63,939 nucleotides of DNA from positions 6,363,909-6,427,847 of the forward strand of contig CM074804.1 in assembly GCA_037447605.1 (NCBI GenBank), read 5' to 3'. Position numbers and translations under genes: made by a program. Below, piece by piece: positions 11,154-25,797 of the stretch. The notes under the pieces were generated by a model. That model made no database searches and was not told the origin of the DNA. It saw nothing but the letters and a program-made list of their open reading frames with translations. Every line of letters starts with the position of its first letter. Position 1 is the stretch's first letter. Origin of the DNA: Zygnema circumcarinatum SAG 698-1b. Its lineage: Eukaryota; Plantae; Zygnematophyceae.

Positions 11154-13858
11154 ATGGCGGGGGCGGGGGGGCAGGGTTGCCCCGCGCTGGGGGAGGGCGA
11201 GGGAGGGCTGTGGCCGACGGGCGCGGCCAGCGCCGGGAACGCCTCGGAGATTCTGAGGGAGGTCACGTCTGTGCTGTATGGCGCCGTCAAGAGGCAGTAC
11301 CTTCACAATGAGTACTTTGCGGGAGGACTTGGACTCATGCTCGTGGGCCTCCTTGCAAACGCTTTGAACCGCTATCGAGCGGATATTTTTGAATATTTGG
11401 CGCGGAGGAGAGGCGTCTGCGTTTTGCACGTGATGCCAGACGAGGTGGCGTTCGTATGGCTACAGGAATGGCTTTGTAAACATGCTAACAAGGACAGCTC
11501 GCAACTCACGCTGCAATCCAAATGGGAGAACCATCAGAATGACGCCTGTGAGACTTCTGGAGGACGCGATAAGGAAGAGCGACCCCGCCTCCTTTTTATT
11601 CCTCAGCTCCTGGAAGCACAGACGATCGATTTCCAAGGCAATAAGGTGCTTTTGGAGATCAATTGTCACTGTGTTGCAATCTTGATCCACGCAACCTTTT
11701 TCTGGGCTGGAGATTGATGATGCAATAGGTTTCCTGCTCTTTGCAGGTTAACTGGGGAGCATGGTTCTTCTTGTGTCCATTTCTTCGTTAGTCCTCTTTT
11801 GCTGTCAACGTCTTGGACGCCTATCGGCAAGAGTAACTGTTAAAGCCGCACAGCTTCCAGATTTTGGACATGGAAAAGGCTCTGATACCACTGCTGTGGT
11901 GTAATACAGGTCACTTTTCAAGTTAAGAGGAAGATCGGGCCAGCCAATGGAGGCGAAAACGACCTCGCAGCCCTTTTGCAGTCGGCGGGGGGGAAGGAGC
12001 AATTAGTGATTGAAGGCCCAACAAGAGGCGTGCTTGAGGCTCTTGTGCATGAAGCCATGGAAAACTATTTTGCTGAAGAAGCTGGCATTCAAAAAACATG
12101 CATTAAGAGGTGGAGCTCACAGGAGTATTTCTGGAATGTGGTCGCAACTAAGCTTGCACGCCCCATTCGCAGGTGAGAAATAGTTACGCATGGTATGGTG
12201 AAGAACCATCTTCTATTCTTTTTGCATATGATGCATAACTTTCTGTCTCTTACAGAATACATGCAGTAACGATGATTACGGATCATAATGCTGTTTGCGC
12301 AAGTTGGAAGCTGGTGATAATATGTTGTGCACTCGCTTCAAAATTCAGCGCAAAAGTGTGCTCAATCTTGACCCTGTTCTAGACTGGCAAAGCGAGGAAG
12401 GGTGGGAATGTCGGGGTTTAACTGCGCGTCACTATTTGACGAGTGAGATATTGCGCATTTCATCAGATCCTTGTAGGTTCTTACGGAGCATTGACGATTC
12501 GAACCTTTGCTTTTTGTAGCTTGTCTTTTAGCCGTGATCCGAGAAAGAAATGAGTGGTCAATACATGCAGAACCTGATCACCATTTTACAGTATCGATGT
12601 CATGTATCTGATACTTTGTTATGTTGAGTGTTTCTCGTTAAATGCAGCGTCATCCTCGATTGCGATATTGATAGCCTGCTCCGCGATGCTCGCCAGTTTC
12701 TTTCAAGTCGGGAGTGGTACAACGACCGGGGCATCCCTCATCGTCGTGGTTATCTTCTGCACGGTCCGCCAGGCTGTGGGAAGACATCACTCATTCAGGT
12801 TTTGGCAGGGGAGCTTGGGCACGACGTGGCCCTAATTGGATTATCATCTCAGAATATGAATGATGATATGGTATGCATAGTCCCCCCTCAACCAAAGTCT
12901 TGCTTTGAAATTACTTTCACATTTGAAAAGCTTGCTTTGCTAGTTGGCATCCTCAATAATTGATTTGGTGAAGTAAAGAAGCATTTAGGAGATGGGCATT
13001 TTTTCTTCAATTGTAGGCTTTGTACGATGTACAATTTTGAATGATACTAAAGCCATTATGTCTACCCTGAACTGATAAACCAGTGGTGTAAAATCTTGTA
13101 GTCCAAGTTCAGCTGGGACTTAGCCCCAGTTGCACAGGAGTACCTTGCAAAAGGGGAGTTATACTTCATGATGAGCACTACGTCAAGGCTCATACATAAG
13201 TGATTTCAGGGCGATCAGCACTTGGAACGGAACTAGCAAAATCTGTACTGGCAGTCAAAAGGTATTCTGACAGAACTTTTTGACCCTCTGGGCGCGTGAT
13301 GTGGTCCAACAGCTCCATGCAGCACTCTCCCGCTGCGATACTCGGAACATTATCGTGCTGGAGGATGTCGACGCGGCATTTACTCATCGCAACGATGGAG
13401 ACGAGAAGGACAACCAACTCTCCTTCTCCGGACTGCTGAATGCCATCGATGGATTTTCGGCGCAAGAGGGACGGCTACTAGTAATGACTACAAACCACCT
13501 CGACCGCCTTGACCCCGCTCTGGTCAGGCCCGGTCGAATTGACATGCGGCTCTACTTGGGCCTCGCAAGCCGAAGCCAATCAGAGCGCATGTTTCTGCGA
13601 TTCTACCCCGAATGCTCGTCTGTTTTGGCCTCCGCATTTGCAGAGGCGGTGCCTGAGGCATCCGTGAGTCCGGCCACCTTGCAAGGCTACTTTTTGCTGC
13701 ACAGAGATGACCCGGAGGGAGCCCTAGAACACGTGAAGGACTTGCTGGCGGAGCAGGGCCGACCAGAAGCAGGCGAAGACTCGGTCGACCAGGTGACCGA
13801 AAATTCTACCAGCGGAGAGGAGCCATCTGGCGTCGGACCCGTGGAGGACGAGGGTTAA
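11154..13858 (+). CDS. BCS1: Mitochondrial AAA+ chaperone BCS1 (fungal/metazoan-like, with BCS1_N-type N-terminus)
   Basis: NEYFAGGLGLMLVG transmembrane segment; WYNDRGIPHRRGYLLHGPPGCGKTS (Walker A); IIVLEDVDAAF (Walker B); LSFSGLLNAIDG...MTTNHLDRLDPALVRPGRID; SPATLQGYF. Confidence 0.9.
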
Positions 13859-14724
13859 AACTTACAGGCAGTTTTCACATTTGGAGGCAGAGCTATCTGA
13901 GAGCAACATGTTGGAAGAAGGGGCCTGGGAGAAGGGCCTCGCCGAGCGGTGATCGTTCGCAGGAACGGTCTCATGCAGAGAGAGAATGGAATGGCCCTGC
14001 GTTGTAAATATTTGTTGATTTGACAGGAAGTTTATTCATTACCAAATTTATTCATTTATTTTCTAAAAATATTTGCAAATTTTTTTTTTCAAAAGTTTAC
14101 CATGTTCAAAGAACACACATTGCCATTACAAGCACAACAAGCCGCTTTCATTCTTCGGTAAAGCTTGATTGTTTCAAAGACAACACAAAAGAGAGAAATC
14201 GTGCATCGTGGCTTAAAAACAATTTTTCTTCAATTGAAGGTTGTAAAAGGCCATTGGTCAGGCCCTTTCAAACAAACAGAGCGGCTATAAGGTGCTTAAT
14301 AGACAGCCCCGTGCTCATAGACTCGAATGGTGGGGTCATCTTGCTGTCTATTGTAAATACATCCAATCAGCAATTGGGACGACATCTATTTTTTCAACAA
14401 AGAGACACAAGCGAATAAACGCAAAAGAAGAAAGAAAGAAAAGCTCACCTGTCCCTATATACATGCTTAGCACTTACATACTTACATACAGTAAAGTGCC
14501 CTTCGGTGATCCACATTCTGCCATAAAAAAAAATGGCATGCACCGCAGATAACACCAGTGGCGCCCTGAAAAGGAAAGGGAGATAATGGCTGCGCTGTGG
14601 CAGGATTCCTTTACAACCAATACGGCACACGAGAACGCTTCAAAGGCGTCTCTTCCACCCTCTGCAGCTTGGCGTCTTCCGTCAAGGCTCCAGAACAAGG
14701 ACAAGCCACCTGCGACGTGACACC

Positions 14725-17700
14725 TCAGACAGTTGGAGGAATAGCGGGAAGGCAGGAAGCTCCCCTTTCACCGGCGTGTATACAGAGAGCTTCCGCATCT
14801 CGGAGGGTAGATTCCAGGTCTATGCGGTTGCTTAGCTCGTTTATGAACTTGAGAAGAGTGTCAAACTCCATCTGCATGACACGCTTGAAGACCAAGTGGT
14901 CAGTTCACTACTGAGGCAAACACTCAACTCAAACTGAAGAAACAAAAGTTCACTGACGAGGAAACCAGCAGAATCAACAATATACACAAGATAGTTACCG
15001 CCTTGTCTTTACGACCATAAATAATCCATACAACATTTATTGTGTGCTTAGAGGCAAACAGCAGATCGTCAAATCACATACTGCAAGCACATGACACAGA
15101 GCTGTTCATCTACTCCGCCTGTAATCCATCAGCTCTGCCTGCTGGGCAGCGATGCAGAAATCTGCCCGTCATGGTGACTGTCCCACAAAAGTTTCTCTCA
15201 CCTGCTCATCGATGATTCTGCGCCTATGACGTTTCAGCAATGCTACGCACATGTACAAGTGGAAATAATCGGACAAATGATGTGTCCATAGAACTTCCCA
15301 GAGTCGCAGCACATTGTCATAAGCAAATTCTCTGTTTAAAGAGCCGACAACCGCAAACACAAGCATCGCCATCAGCGAAAGGAAAGACTGCTGTTAATTG
15401 AAACAAAAACGGAAGTGCCACATGCAGGAGAAGTTATCATTTGTTGCATTTCCAGCTTCCTCCCTTCCCAATCTGAGTTGCTTACGATTTTGGTTGAATG
15501 GATATAAGATAGGAATCAGTCCTCACCGTTTAAAGTGGATGAGGACCCAACGAAAGCAAAAGAAGAAGTTGAGGCATTCACAAGATCCCAGGTAGTCATA
15601 CAGCGGAGCATCCAACAGCTGAACGAGCTGCAGGCAACACCAAGCATGATCTATTTCTTTGAATGCTTCCTTCTCTAAAAAAAACAGAGATGTCTGCAGA
15701 TACATGCGCCCGATATAAAAGCTTCGGAGAAACCAGATGCATTAGTAATGATAACGGTAACGAGACGACATTGTAGGAGGAGGCCTGAGATAGGAAAGCC
15801 ACCTTTTGTAGAGAGAGTAGTTGTGAATGCATGCCATTCTGATCGCGATGAAAGTTAGGAGCCATACGCTCCATGAGCGCAGTGAAACACCAAAAGGCTT
15901 CGGCTTCGTCCTTCATGACGTACAAAATAGGTGACAGCAAATCACTCATGCCCTGCAGACCGGCACACCCAAGAAAGCCTCAATCTTTTAGTTGCTACTC
16001 GCAGGCAATTAATCAGCAAGTTCATAAGATTCACTCGCACATAAATAAAGCAAAAAGGGGGTGGACGGGGGGAGGTAGGGGGCAAACAAGGTCAAGCAGC
16101 CTATACATCAGAAAAACCGAACCACAGACGGCTACCAAGTGGGCGTTGATGGATAGATTCAACATAAGTCTTCACTACCAGAGCTAGAAACAGGAAAGGG
16201 GGATAGAACAAGCTCTAACCTGGCAATAACCGAGATCAAAATTGTAGAAGGAATAGGTGATAAGAATGGAGCGAAGCTGGCCCACATTCGGATTGTCATC
16301 CCCCGCATAGAATGGATGCATACGATCTGTGCGCACCTGTAGGCCAAAGCTCAATTCAGAGTCCGGTCCAGTCTGATTCTGTTCCTTTTGACGACCCAGC
16401 TTCTTCATAAAGAAGCTGGGTCGACAAGTGGACCCTACTCTCGACAGGTTCATGCTTTCTTATCCATTTGTACCTTGTTTCAATTTTAGAGCACGAACGA
16501 CACATGTTTTTCAGAAAAAGGCCCACCAGCAAAGGGATGTCCTTCAAAAAGGAGGACCAAGCAAAGAGTGGAAGCACAAATTCCAAGAGAGAGGCACCTC
16601 GCAGAGTCTGCTCACCACATCTTTATCTACACGATTGCGGCGTTCACGATATTTTGCAAACCTCTTGGCCTGCTCATCCGACACCGTCTGGCCAGCCCGT
16701 ATGCCAATCCATCACTACATGCACTCTGCTACACTAAATAGCGTGTACTCATGTGGCCAGCAGTGCCTACAGTCTTCTCATAATCATTCTGAGGCTCATC
16801 ATTCTTGAGCTCTGTTCTCTAAAATTCTTCCATGGCCTTAACCGCTTTATGTCCCACAATAATGAACCTGGTACAGCACAGTTTCCTTTAAGCCTTCACA
16901 TTGGCTGTGTATTGAACGCTGTGAACCAACACTGGGGGTATAGATAGTCAAAGATGTAATGAAAGAGCCACTACAAGCACACCTGCCATTGAGCCTTCAG
17001 TGTCTCATATTCCTCGGCCTTCTGCACAGCAAAATCTTGCCGTTCTGACCTTGTGGCAGAAAAGGACTGGTACCCGAGAAGCAGCTTCCAAACCTGCAAC
17101 AAAATTCTTTCAGTATTTCATGCCAAGACATGCTTGTCTAGACTCCAGGGTACACACTTCAAACACTCTAATGTTACGCGTCATTGAATATTTACTGGCA
17201 AATAAAAACTGGCAACAACAGCTTATTGACAGCAAAAAATCGTCAAATTGCAGAGACTGCAAAACATGGTGAGGCTTGCAAAGGCCAAGCGAATAGGGAG
17301 GATTGCAGAGAAGTATGCACCTCTTTCCGGAGAGAAGGCTCACAACCTCCATGGAAAATGCGGCGTTTCAGTGCATTCGGATCCACAACTCGGCCCTCTT
17401 TATCCAAGAATGTTGCCCACTGCGACACATGCAACGAAGAGAAGGCTCATCAGTAAGTCCGCTCGTACAGACGTTCAAAAAAACCCACTCACAATATCCA
17501 TCGTCAGCCCTCCAACCAAACCAAGCCAAGCTAGCAGTTGCAGAACCAGGTTCAGACATGCTTCCTGCCTAATTGAGTAGGTCCTTTTGTGCTTTAGGAA
17601 ACACACGAGACTTTGCACTTACTTCCTCAGGCCCCAACGGCGGCGGGCGTGCGCGAGCCCATACCAAGGCAGGAGATTCTTGCTGCGAGTCCCTTGCCAA

Positions 17701-20700
17701 CAAAACATGTTTTAAAGAGCTGAAGAAATAAAGAGTATAAAAACGAATGCGCTTCGATGATTTTAAAATAAGTCCGTACTGTATGAACAGCTAAATCCTT
17801 TTGTTTTTTTTCTATTCGAATTCAGTCTCTCCGATGTACAACTATCTCTGACAATAGTGCTCGAGCAGATAATTGCAGGCGATTTTCAGAGCAAGTTATG
17901 ACACTGTTTTGCAGCAACGGTCATAAATTAACAATATTCATAAGTGCATCCATTTTGACGTGCATAGCCTATGCTCACGATGCCTATATCTGAGGCAATG
18001 CAGCCTGAGACCCATATTCTATCTTTTCATGGAAATGGCGAGTTCTTTAAAAGACATTGTGGGTCACCAACACGCACACTAAGTTTCCAGGCACTTTGAC
18101 TCGAACACAATTGAGCAGACCTTTCCCTACATTAGGAAAACACCTCTCTCGGATAGGGCCCAAGAGCTGACCAGAGCGCCATCGACGAGCTCAAATGACC
18201 CTACTCCCGTTGATGCCTCGTCATCCCCCTTCTGCCAAGATCGAGAAAATATCACAATGCAAGATCTCATGATGTGTATTTCTGCTTATGTCACACACGG
18301 TTTCTGGGGAAAGCTTCCAATGTTGCCCTTATCAGCATGATAAGGGCACCAATCTGCTCCGCTTGCCCCTACATGAGAATACTCTTGCTTTAAAACCAAA
18401 ACAAAATCTTTCAATGTGTGGAGCCTATCAGTTCCCTTTGTATACGTTAAAGAGGGAAGCACTTCTAGTGTGACCAGAGATTATATAACAAACATGCACT
18501 TGCTTAAAGTCAGCATTAGGCATCCAAAAGGTAAACCTTAAATTGACGTCCAACCACCATAAAGGAAAGGGGAAAATGCTCACAGGAAGAGCAGCATCGG
18601 ATATAGAGACTCGCCGGCCCGCAATCCACACGTGATTTACGTCACTCGCTGAAACTGCAGCAGGTGAGCAGACTACGGGCCCGCCTTGACGTGATACAGA
18701 ATTGGCGGTTCTATTGTTCAAAGAACTGCTGGATGTTTGCTCTAGCGGGTCTATGGGGCCCAAAAGAAGACCTTCCCCTTGTGCCAACAAATGGCCGGTG
18801 GCTTCCCTGGCAAACTTTGTTACAAAAGAGAACTTTTCCAAAATGCGCATAGATAACTCCCGAGGCATCTCCACGCGCCCCATCGAGTTGTGCAGATCAC
18901 CATCTGCCTTGCCCTGTTGCTCCTGGCAGCTACCACTGTTCGAAAATTTGGCATTGAAATTGGAAATTTCTTGAAGATGAGGTGTTTTAGGTGAGGTTGC
19001 CGGAAGTTCACAAAGTGTGGTATTATCTTTTGCAGATAAAAGTGGAGGAGGTGTGACTTCCATCAAATCCAGCTCGGTAAGACTTTTCTGTAGGCACACA
19101 GAGAAATTAACAGCACCATCAGTACAAGACACAGCACATAAGTACCTCACTGGCGTCGTTAAACAAGACAACAACATGATGAACGATCGGAAAAAGTGCA
19201 AGTCCATGTGATCAGGCCACTGCTGCTTTTCACCTGTGACAGAAGGTGCAGAAAGCAAATCGTCAAGCAACAAGCTGTGCACGATCAAGGTCAGCAAACC
19301 TGTGTCGTCCTCCAGCACAGGCAAGCAAGTACTTCAACCTTCTACTCTCACATGCGTCCATGCAGGAAGGCTAACAGTCCTGGAGGGCCTGACTCTCGCC
19401 CTCAAAGGAGCAGAAGAAGACGTGAAGCACGACACCGTTCAGAACATGCGATGCCATCGCAGAGGTCCTTCGCACTCTTTTGAATCATCTCTAAGGACGA
19501 AAGGTACACAAATCTGACGCAAAGCGAATCACGGTGGTCGGCTCCGATACGCTCGCAATTTGCTCCTTGGACAAACCATCGCAGCAGAAATAAGCCAAAC
19601 ATTTACATTTGTCTCTCAATTCTTACCTGCAAGGGATCCTTGATGTCATTAACGAGGTACACATTCGCATCTTCTGCCGACCTGAATAACAATGACAAGC
19701 CACTTTAATGTTATAAGGTAGTGCCACGGCCTTGCCGTAGACAACTCACACAAGAAACTTCCTCTCCCCTTCCTTCGGTGTCATTATCTACACATAAAAA
19801 GCAAAGGAGCGACGGATGTTGCAAATCAAAGCAAACCCTGACATGCGCATACAGCAGGAGGGCTAAAATTCTGGCATCCGTCTCTTTCTTACCTGACAAG
19901 CAAGGCGTATTCTTTCAAAATGCTAAGAAACTCACGTACACCTCCGTTGTGGAAGTACAGAGGGGGGAAGGCCAACCCTGAAGACAAATGCACAAACTCA
20001 AAATCACTATGCTATCGATCCTAGACACTTTCTGCCTTGCTCACACAGATTGAAAATGGATAGTACAACCATGTCAAGATATACTCAACCAGTAATCCAC
20101 TTATGGGACTGGAAGAAATACGTCCCAAATGTACCTGAAGTTAGAACCACGATGATGTACTGCCAACCCAGCGCTGGTGTATGGCGTCGAACAGAGCGCA
20201 TCTCCGCCACAGAAACTGCTCGAATGGTGTACAAGTTTCGATCTAAAGCCAACATAACGTTGCATATAATGAGATGAGTACTTCTTCTCCATGACACGGT
20301 TATAATAACTATAACACCGCACTTAGTCCAGTGTCCACTCAGGACTAACTGGACTCGAGCGTTTCAATAGGGGCCAGTGCCTGAGCTGTCACAAAGTCCA
20401 AGCTAATGACGCATCCATTCCTGACGTATTCCATCCATGTGATCAAATGCATTTTCACTGCTATGGACAAACCTGTGCTGCAGGCTTCGGTGATGTGGCC
20501 ATCATTATAAGGAATCCATGTCTGGTTAACCCAAAACCATTTCCCGCCCGAACTTTCTAGTGAATCTTTAGCGTTGCCAAATGTTCAATAAAAAGTTTTC
20601 TAAGCACCGGGATTAAACTTTATTTGCATGAGTGCTTCTTGCTATGTTGCCAATAGTTCCAGTCAAAAGCATGTTACTGCCAACTCATAGTTCACCTGAT

Positions 20701-21924
20701 TACGGAGGCTATGCAGCAAAAATAATAACCACCAATTCACAAAACCTGCATAGTAAAGCCCGAAAAACGACACTCGAATAGTACAGCTCTCCCATGGTTT
20801 ATTTTCTCATACTACAAAGGTGTCAGTGGAGTTCTAATGAGTTGGGAAACTAGCTAACCATGAAAAGAGAAGGGCCTTGCTTGATGAGGCGAAGGCGTCC
20901 AGTGATTCGTTCACTGGAAGACTGCGTTGGGTGAACTGACACATTGTCCTTGACGTATACAGCCTCATAGAGCAGCACAGCGGCAGAATCTGCTGCAGAA
21001 TTTTTGAAGTCCTGCACATATAGTAATGACGATTATGAGCAAGTGATGCAAATAGGGGTTGCAAAGGAAAGGACTTCTGATGAGACGGAAACAGACCGGT
21101 GATCATATGTTGTTCAATGCCGTGTTCTAAGGACAAGTTCAGTTAGAGTGCTTTAGTTGCAGTTTTACCTGTGAAAGTCAAAACTACAAGTCATGAGTAC
21201 TCGTTCCATTGTCCGGTCATTATTGTCAGTCATCTTACCAGCGTGACCTATATGGCGTGAAAGATGGCCCCGTTCCATTTCTACTACCGTCATGAACGAC
21301 ATTACTTTTTTAAGAGTAGCCTATCCTCGCTGCCCATAATCCGTTTCATATACTACATTGGGAAGTTAGCAGCCTGCCTTGTCTTTCATATCTTTCTTCC
21401 CCCATGGAAATTTCCCTATATCAACCATTTCTCGAGCCAAGCCATTCTCTAAGAAGAATCATTTGTTTCTAATACAGAAACTTGAAAGACGGTCTCCTGA
21501 TTCCTTCGCTCTATACCAATAACTCCTTCCTTTCCACTCCGATTTCAACTTAATTTTCTCGCATTATGGTAGACAGAAACCCATCCAATAACTGATGACG
21601 ACTTTCTCCCGTGTAAAACCTTGAACAGCTGACTTGTGCGATTCAAGATACATGGAAGAAACCAGCACACATAGCATTCCTCAACTCACGCATTCCATAC
21701 CATCATTTGTTTCTTTCAGACCAAACCATCCGCCTCACAGAGTTCAGCCTGCAGTTGCACTCTTCACAACCGTTCGAGACCAAACAATGTAACAGCCTCA
21801 GCAGTAGCCATACCCTGCTGGTGGACCTGCCCGATGGCAAGCCGTTATATGCAGCCTTGCTCGCTGCGCATTCGGCAGCCGCTGCCGAGTAGTCAGCGTC
21901 GTCTGCAAAGTCTGAGCCCTCCAT
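14725..21924 (-). CDS. TBC-domain Rab GTPase-activating protein (TBC1D15/Gyp7-like), multi-exon
   Basis: MEGSDFADDADY; VRRHTPALGWQYIIVVL; YSFYNFDLGYCQ-GMSDLLSPIL; FFCFRWVLIHFKR; LRLWEVLWTHHLS; last exon MEFDTLLKFINELS...PPTV*. Confidence 0.92.
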
Positions 21925-22402
21925 ACCGCCCGTTCCTGCCGCTCCTGCTTGCCAGAAGCAGCCAGGCTTCAATGCCAACCTCCAGACCGCTCAGGCAATC
22001 CCACACAGGCACAGCGTCTCAGCTCCAGCCCTCAGTCTCAGGCAGCCATGGCCCCCACCTGCGCCCGCCCGTCCTCTGTCCCCACCCGCGACTACCTCAG
22101 TGGGAGGGAGGGAGGGGGCGGGTCCGAGACCTCCGGACGGGGCCAATCCAGGCCTGCCACGTCAGGACGACTGCACACATGGCAAGCCCTAATTGGTTTT
22201 CCCTTTTAAAAAAAAAAGTCAAGTCCTTTCAATGGCAGGCAGGGACGCAGGGCCCGCCACGTGGCGGTCCGAGCGTGCGCCTCGTTGACCGCCACGTGGC
22301 GCCCTCGCAGGCCGCGCGTCCTCGCGCTTGAAGGGGGGGCCGCCCCCTCTCGTGCTGCAGCGGGCGCTGCTTCTGGCTCTGCACAGCCTTGCTCGGAGGG
22401 GA

Positions 22403-25400
22403 ATGGCGCCTGCGGGGGTGACGGTGGAGATCACAGACCTCAAGTTCAGCTATCCGGGGATCGATGGGCATCCCCTGCCGGGAGCCAAGCCGCTGATTGA
22501 AGAGTTCAACCTAAAGCTGGCTGCTGGCGACAGATGCCTCCTCATTGGAGCCAATGGAGCTGGTGAGTTTCAGATTAAAAAGTAGGGGGAATGCGTCAAA
22601 CGGAGCAAATGTCCTCCCTTGTGCCGCATTTCGCGAGTGTGGCTTGTCTGACAGGTTAGTCAATGTGATGGAGGTATTGCTGCCTGGCAGCATTTTTTCA
22701 TTTTGCCGCATTCAGCGGTATATCTTGTTTTTTTCGATGAATCTGTCTCAGCTTCTGCACAGTGACTATAAAGAGCAATGTCTCCTGACAGTCATAGCGG
22801 CTGCAGACATCTTACAAAGCGTTCCTGCTGCATGGTCTTTCGGATACGAAATCGTTTTCAACAAAAGCAGCTTGCATCAAAGCTCTTTAATGCACCTTGC
22901 CCATTGCAATTGTTCGCTTAATCACAATTTCTTGCGGCAGTTACTTTCTTAGTTGGAATTGTCACCCGGTTTACACTATTACCACAAGTATGTCCTAAAT
23001 TTTATCTGCTATGTGATTATTGAGGATCACTGTAGGGACGTTAACTGATAATCCATTGATGTAGGCTAGCTTAGCGGCCACAGGTGTGCCGTCTACAAGA
23101 GCATTAGGAGGAGGTTAATGGCTACTGTTGTTTCAGTTTGCAATGCTTGTCGGTTATGCAACTGTTATCGATGAGCCAACGGCAGTGCTATCTTATTCGT
23201 GATTTTTCTCACTGCAGGAAAAACGACATTGTTGAAAATTCTGGGGGGGAAACACATGGTGGAACAAAGCATGGTTCGCATTCTTGGTCGACCAGCTTTT
23301 CATGACACTTCTCTGGAGTCTAGTCGACAACTCTCGTATCTGGGAGGTGAGGTACGTTCACTGGGGTTTCAGGCCTCATTCTGGTCCAGGCTCTGAATGA
23401 AAAGTAGCTGCTTGTTTTTTGATAATGATGCTGCCTTTTAAGCAAGGTACGATTGCGTGTTCGTCCTTTCGAGGTTTACCGCTGTTCCTGGTTGTTGAAG
23501 CACATTACAGGAATCATATTGATCACGTTGCAGCTTATGTTAGCTCGCTCGAGTTTCTTGTGCAGTGGAGGCGAGATGTGGCATTCGCAGGATTTGGGGT
23601 GTCCCTGCAAATGGATATATCTGCACGAAAGATGATATACGGCGTGCAAGGGATTGATCCTGCTAGAAGGGAAAGGTTAATTAAGGTGAGAGGAGGGAAC
23701 CATCCCTATTGGTCATGGCCTGGGGGGATCACATGAGACAAGCCGAGACACGTGGCATGACTTGGAAGAAACACGTGAAGACGAAACTTTGCGGGTGCCC
23801 TTTCTGAGGTGTCGTCATTTACTTAAAGTGCTTCTTGATAGCTGGGTGTCCTGAGGTGTAAACATGAGCTGTTTGAGCACCTTCGGAGCATCCCGTAGTG
23901 GGGATACTTCCATGTGAAGACTCGTTCTGCCATATGGACGACTCGCAGACTGTCTGCTTTCTGATATAGACAAGTGCATCAGTTTTCTCTGTTTCTCTTA
24001 GTTCACAGGACGGGATGCTTTGCTTCAGCTGTTCCAGATTGTCTGAGAACCCCATTACAAAGAATAATCTAGCATTAGTCGTAGCTTTTTAACGATGTTC
24101 GTTTTCGTTTTTCTCCCTCGGCCTATTGCAACATGGCGAAATCTCTATGCCACCATGTTGTAGACCTCAAAACTGGTATTTTTAACAATCTGGTTTGTAT
24201 TCAGGTTTTGGACATAGACCTCGATTGGCGCATGCATCATGTATCAGATGGGCAGCGACGCCGAGTGCAGATCTGCATGGGGCTGCTGGCACCGTTCAAG
24301 GTAACGAGTACTATATTGTTGAAAGAATGTGGTTGCGCTAAGTGTTCTGTATTCTACAAGGAGACTTTAATCCCATGCTAGTTTTTGCTATGAAAATTTA
24401 GGATGTGCTGGTTTTTGTGATACTGCAAATTTGAAATGGATAATGTTGATAGTTTGTCTTAACTACTCTTACATCAGGCGTCCATGCAGCCAAAGCTGCA
24501 AGGGCTTGATGTTGTTCAGTCCTCCTGGAATGAGCTGGAAGCTTCTGCACCCAAAGGCTTAGGAGCCGCAGCTAGCTCTGAGTTGATGCTTTGATCCATA
24601 CTACATTGTGATGCATTCTAGTTGCTGCCTTGCTAATTGGCTTTGTGAAATCCTGCAGGTGTTGCTTCTCGACGAGATTACCGTGGATCTTGACGTCTTG
24701 GGACGAGCCGATCTTATGGCGTTTCTTCGAGATGAGTGTGAACGGAGAGGTGCTACAATAATTTATGCGACACACATATTCGACGGGCTCGAAGGCTGGG
24801 CTACTCACATTGTAAGGATGACTTTTGCTGAGAAAGAGCACATTTTGGCGTGTGCAGGTTGAAGTTAAACAGGCTGATTGCCTGCAGGGGTTGTGATGGA
24901 GAACGTCTGGAATGGCACTGAACGAGTGCCCGTGGAAGCAGACAGGCACTGGCACTGGCAGAGGTGTATGGTCTCTGCAGGCAAAGGAGACTTCAACGTG
25001 GCTGCAAAAAAGTTAAAATGGTTAGACCTTAATGAGGCCTTCTGAGACGGAAAACATGTAGCTGCTCGTAAAGTTTGATCGATGCGGAGGCGCAATCGTG
25101 GAGTTTTCGTGGTTGATAAAACTCGTCGCTGACATGCAGCAAGGCTTATAGCCTGATCTAATTGCTACGAATCCATGCAAGGAGGCAGCATTGGTCGAAG
25201 TACCTTGCACCTTTGTGAATGCTTTGTGGTTGTACTAAGACCATGGGAGGCATAATGTTCCTCCTTATCCAATTTCATTGTTGGTGGGATGCTGCTTTCA
25301 GGCATATGTGGCAAGGGGGCGCCTCCAGCTCGCAAGTCCAGTGGAGGACATTGAAGAGATGAAGACAATGTCCCTCATGGTGCGTCCAAATAGGGAGTAG

Positions 25401-25797
25401 CTTGAATGCTAAGTCAATTCATTTTCGTTGGTTCATCCGGGGGGCCTCATTTCATTTGTTGTTTTTTTAATACTTAGAAGTAATGAAGAGGACATTAGCC
25501 CTCTGCAGCGTCGTGAAATAGTCGTTGAACCTCTCTTACAGCTGAAATGCTGACGACTTTGACCTTGTGCAGCGAACGGTTGAACAATGGTTGCGAAAGG
25601 AGCTAGATGCGGAACGGAGGAGGAGAAAGGAGAGAGTGTCTATGGGCCTCTCTGCACGCGGAGAGGATGAAGGTGACAGCGGTCAGAAAGTGAAGCTGCT
25701 GCCATACAACAACGGTTGGGCAGGCGGGAGGCTGTCGTCCACGTTAGCAGGAGAGACACCGTTTGAATTCAGCTCAAATGCCGTGTTGAGGATGTGA
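22403..25797 (+). CDS. ABCI20: ABC transporter I family member 20-like soluble ATPase (CAF16-like)
   Basis: [10 protein letters not shown]; GANGAG|[14 protein letters not shown] (Walker A); [16 protein letters not shown]; [12 protein letters not shown] (Walker B); C-terminal [12 protein letters not shown]...SSNAVLR typical of plant ABCI20. Confidence 0.9.
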
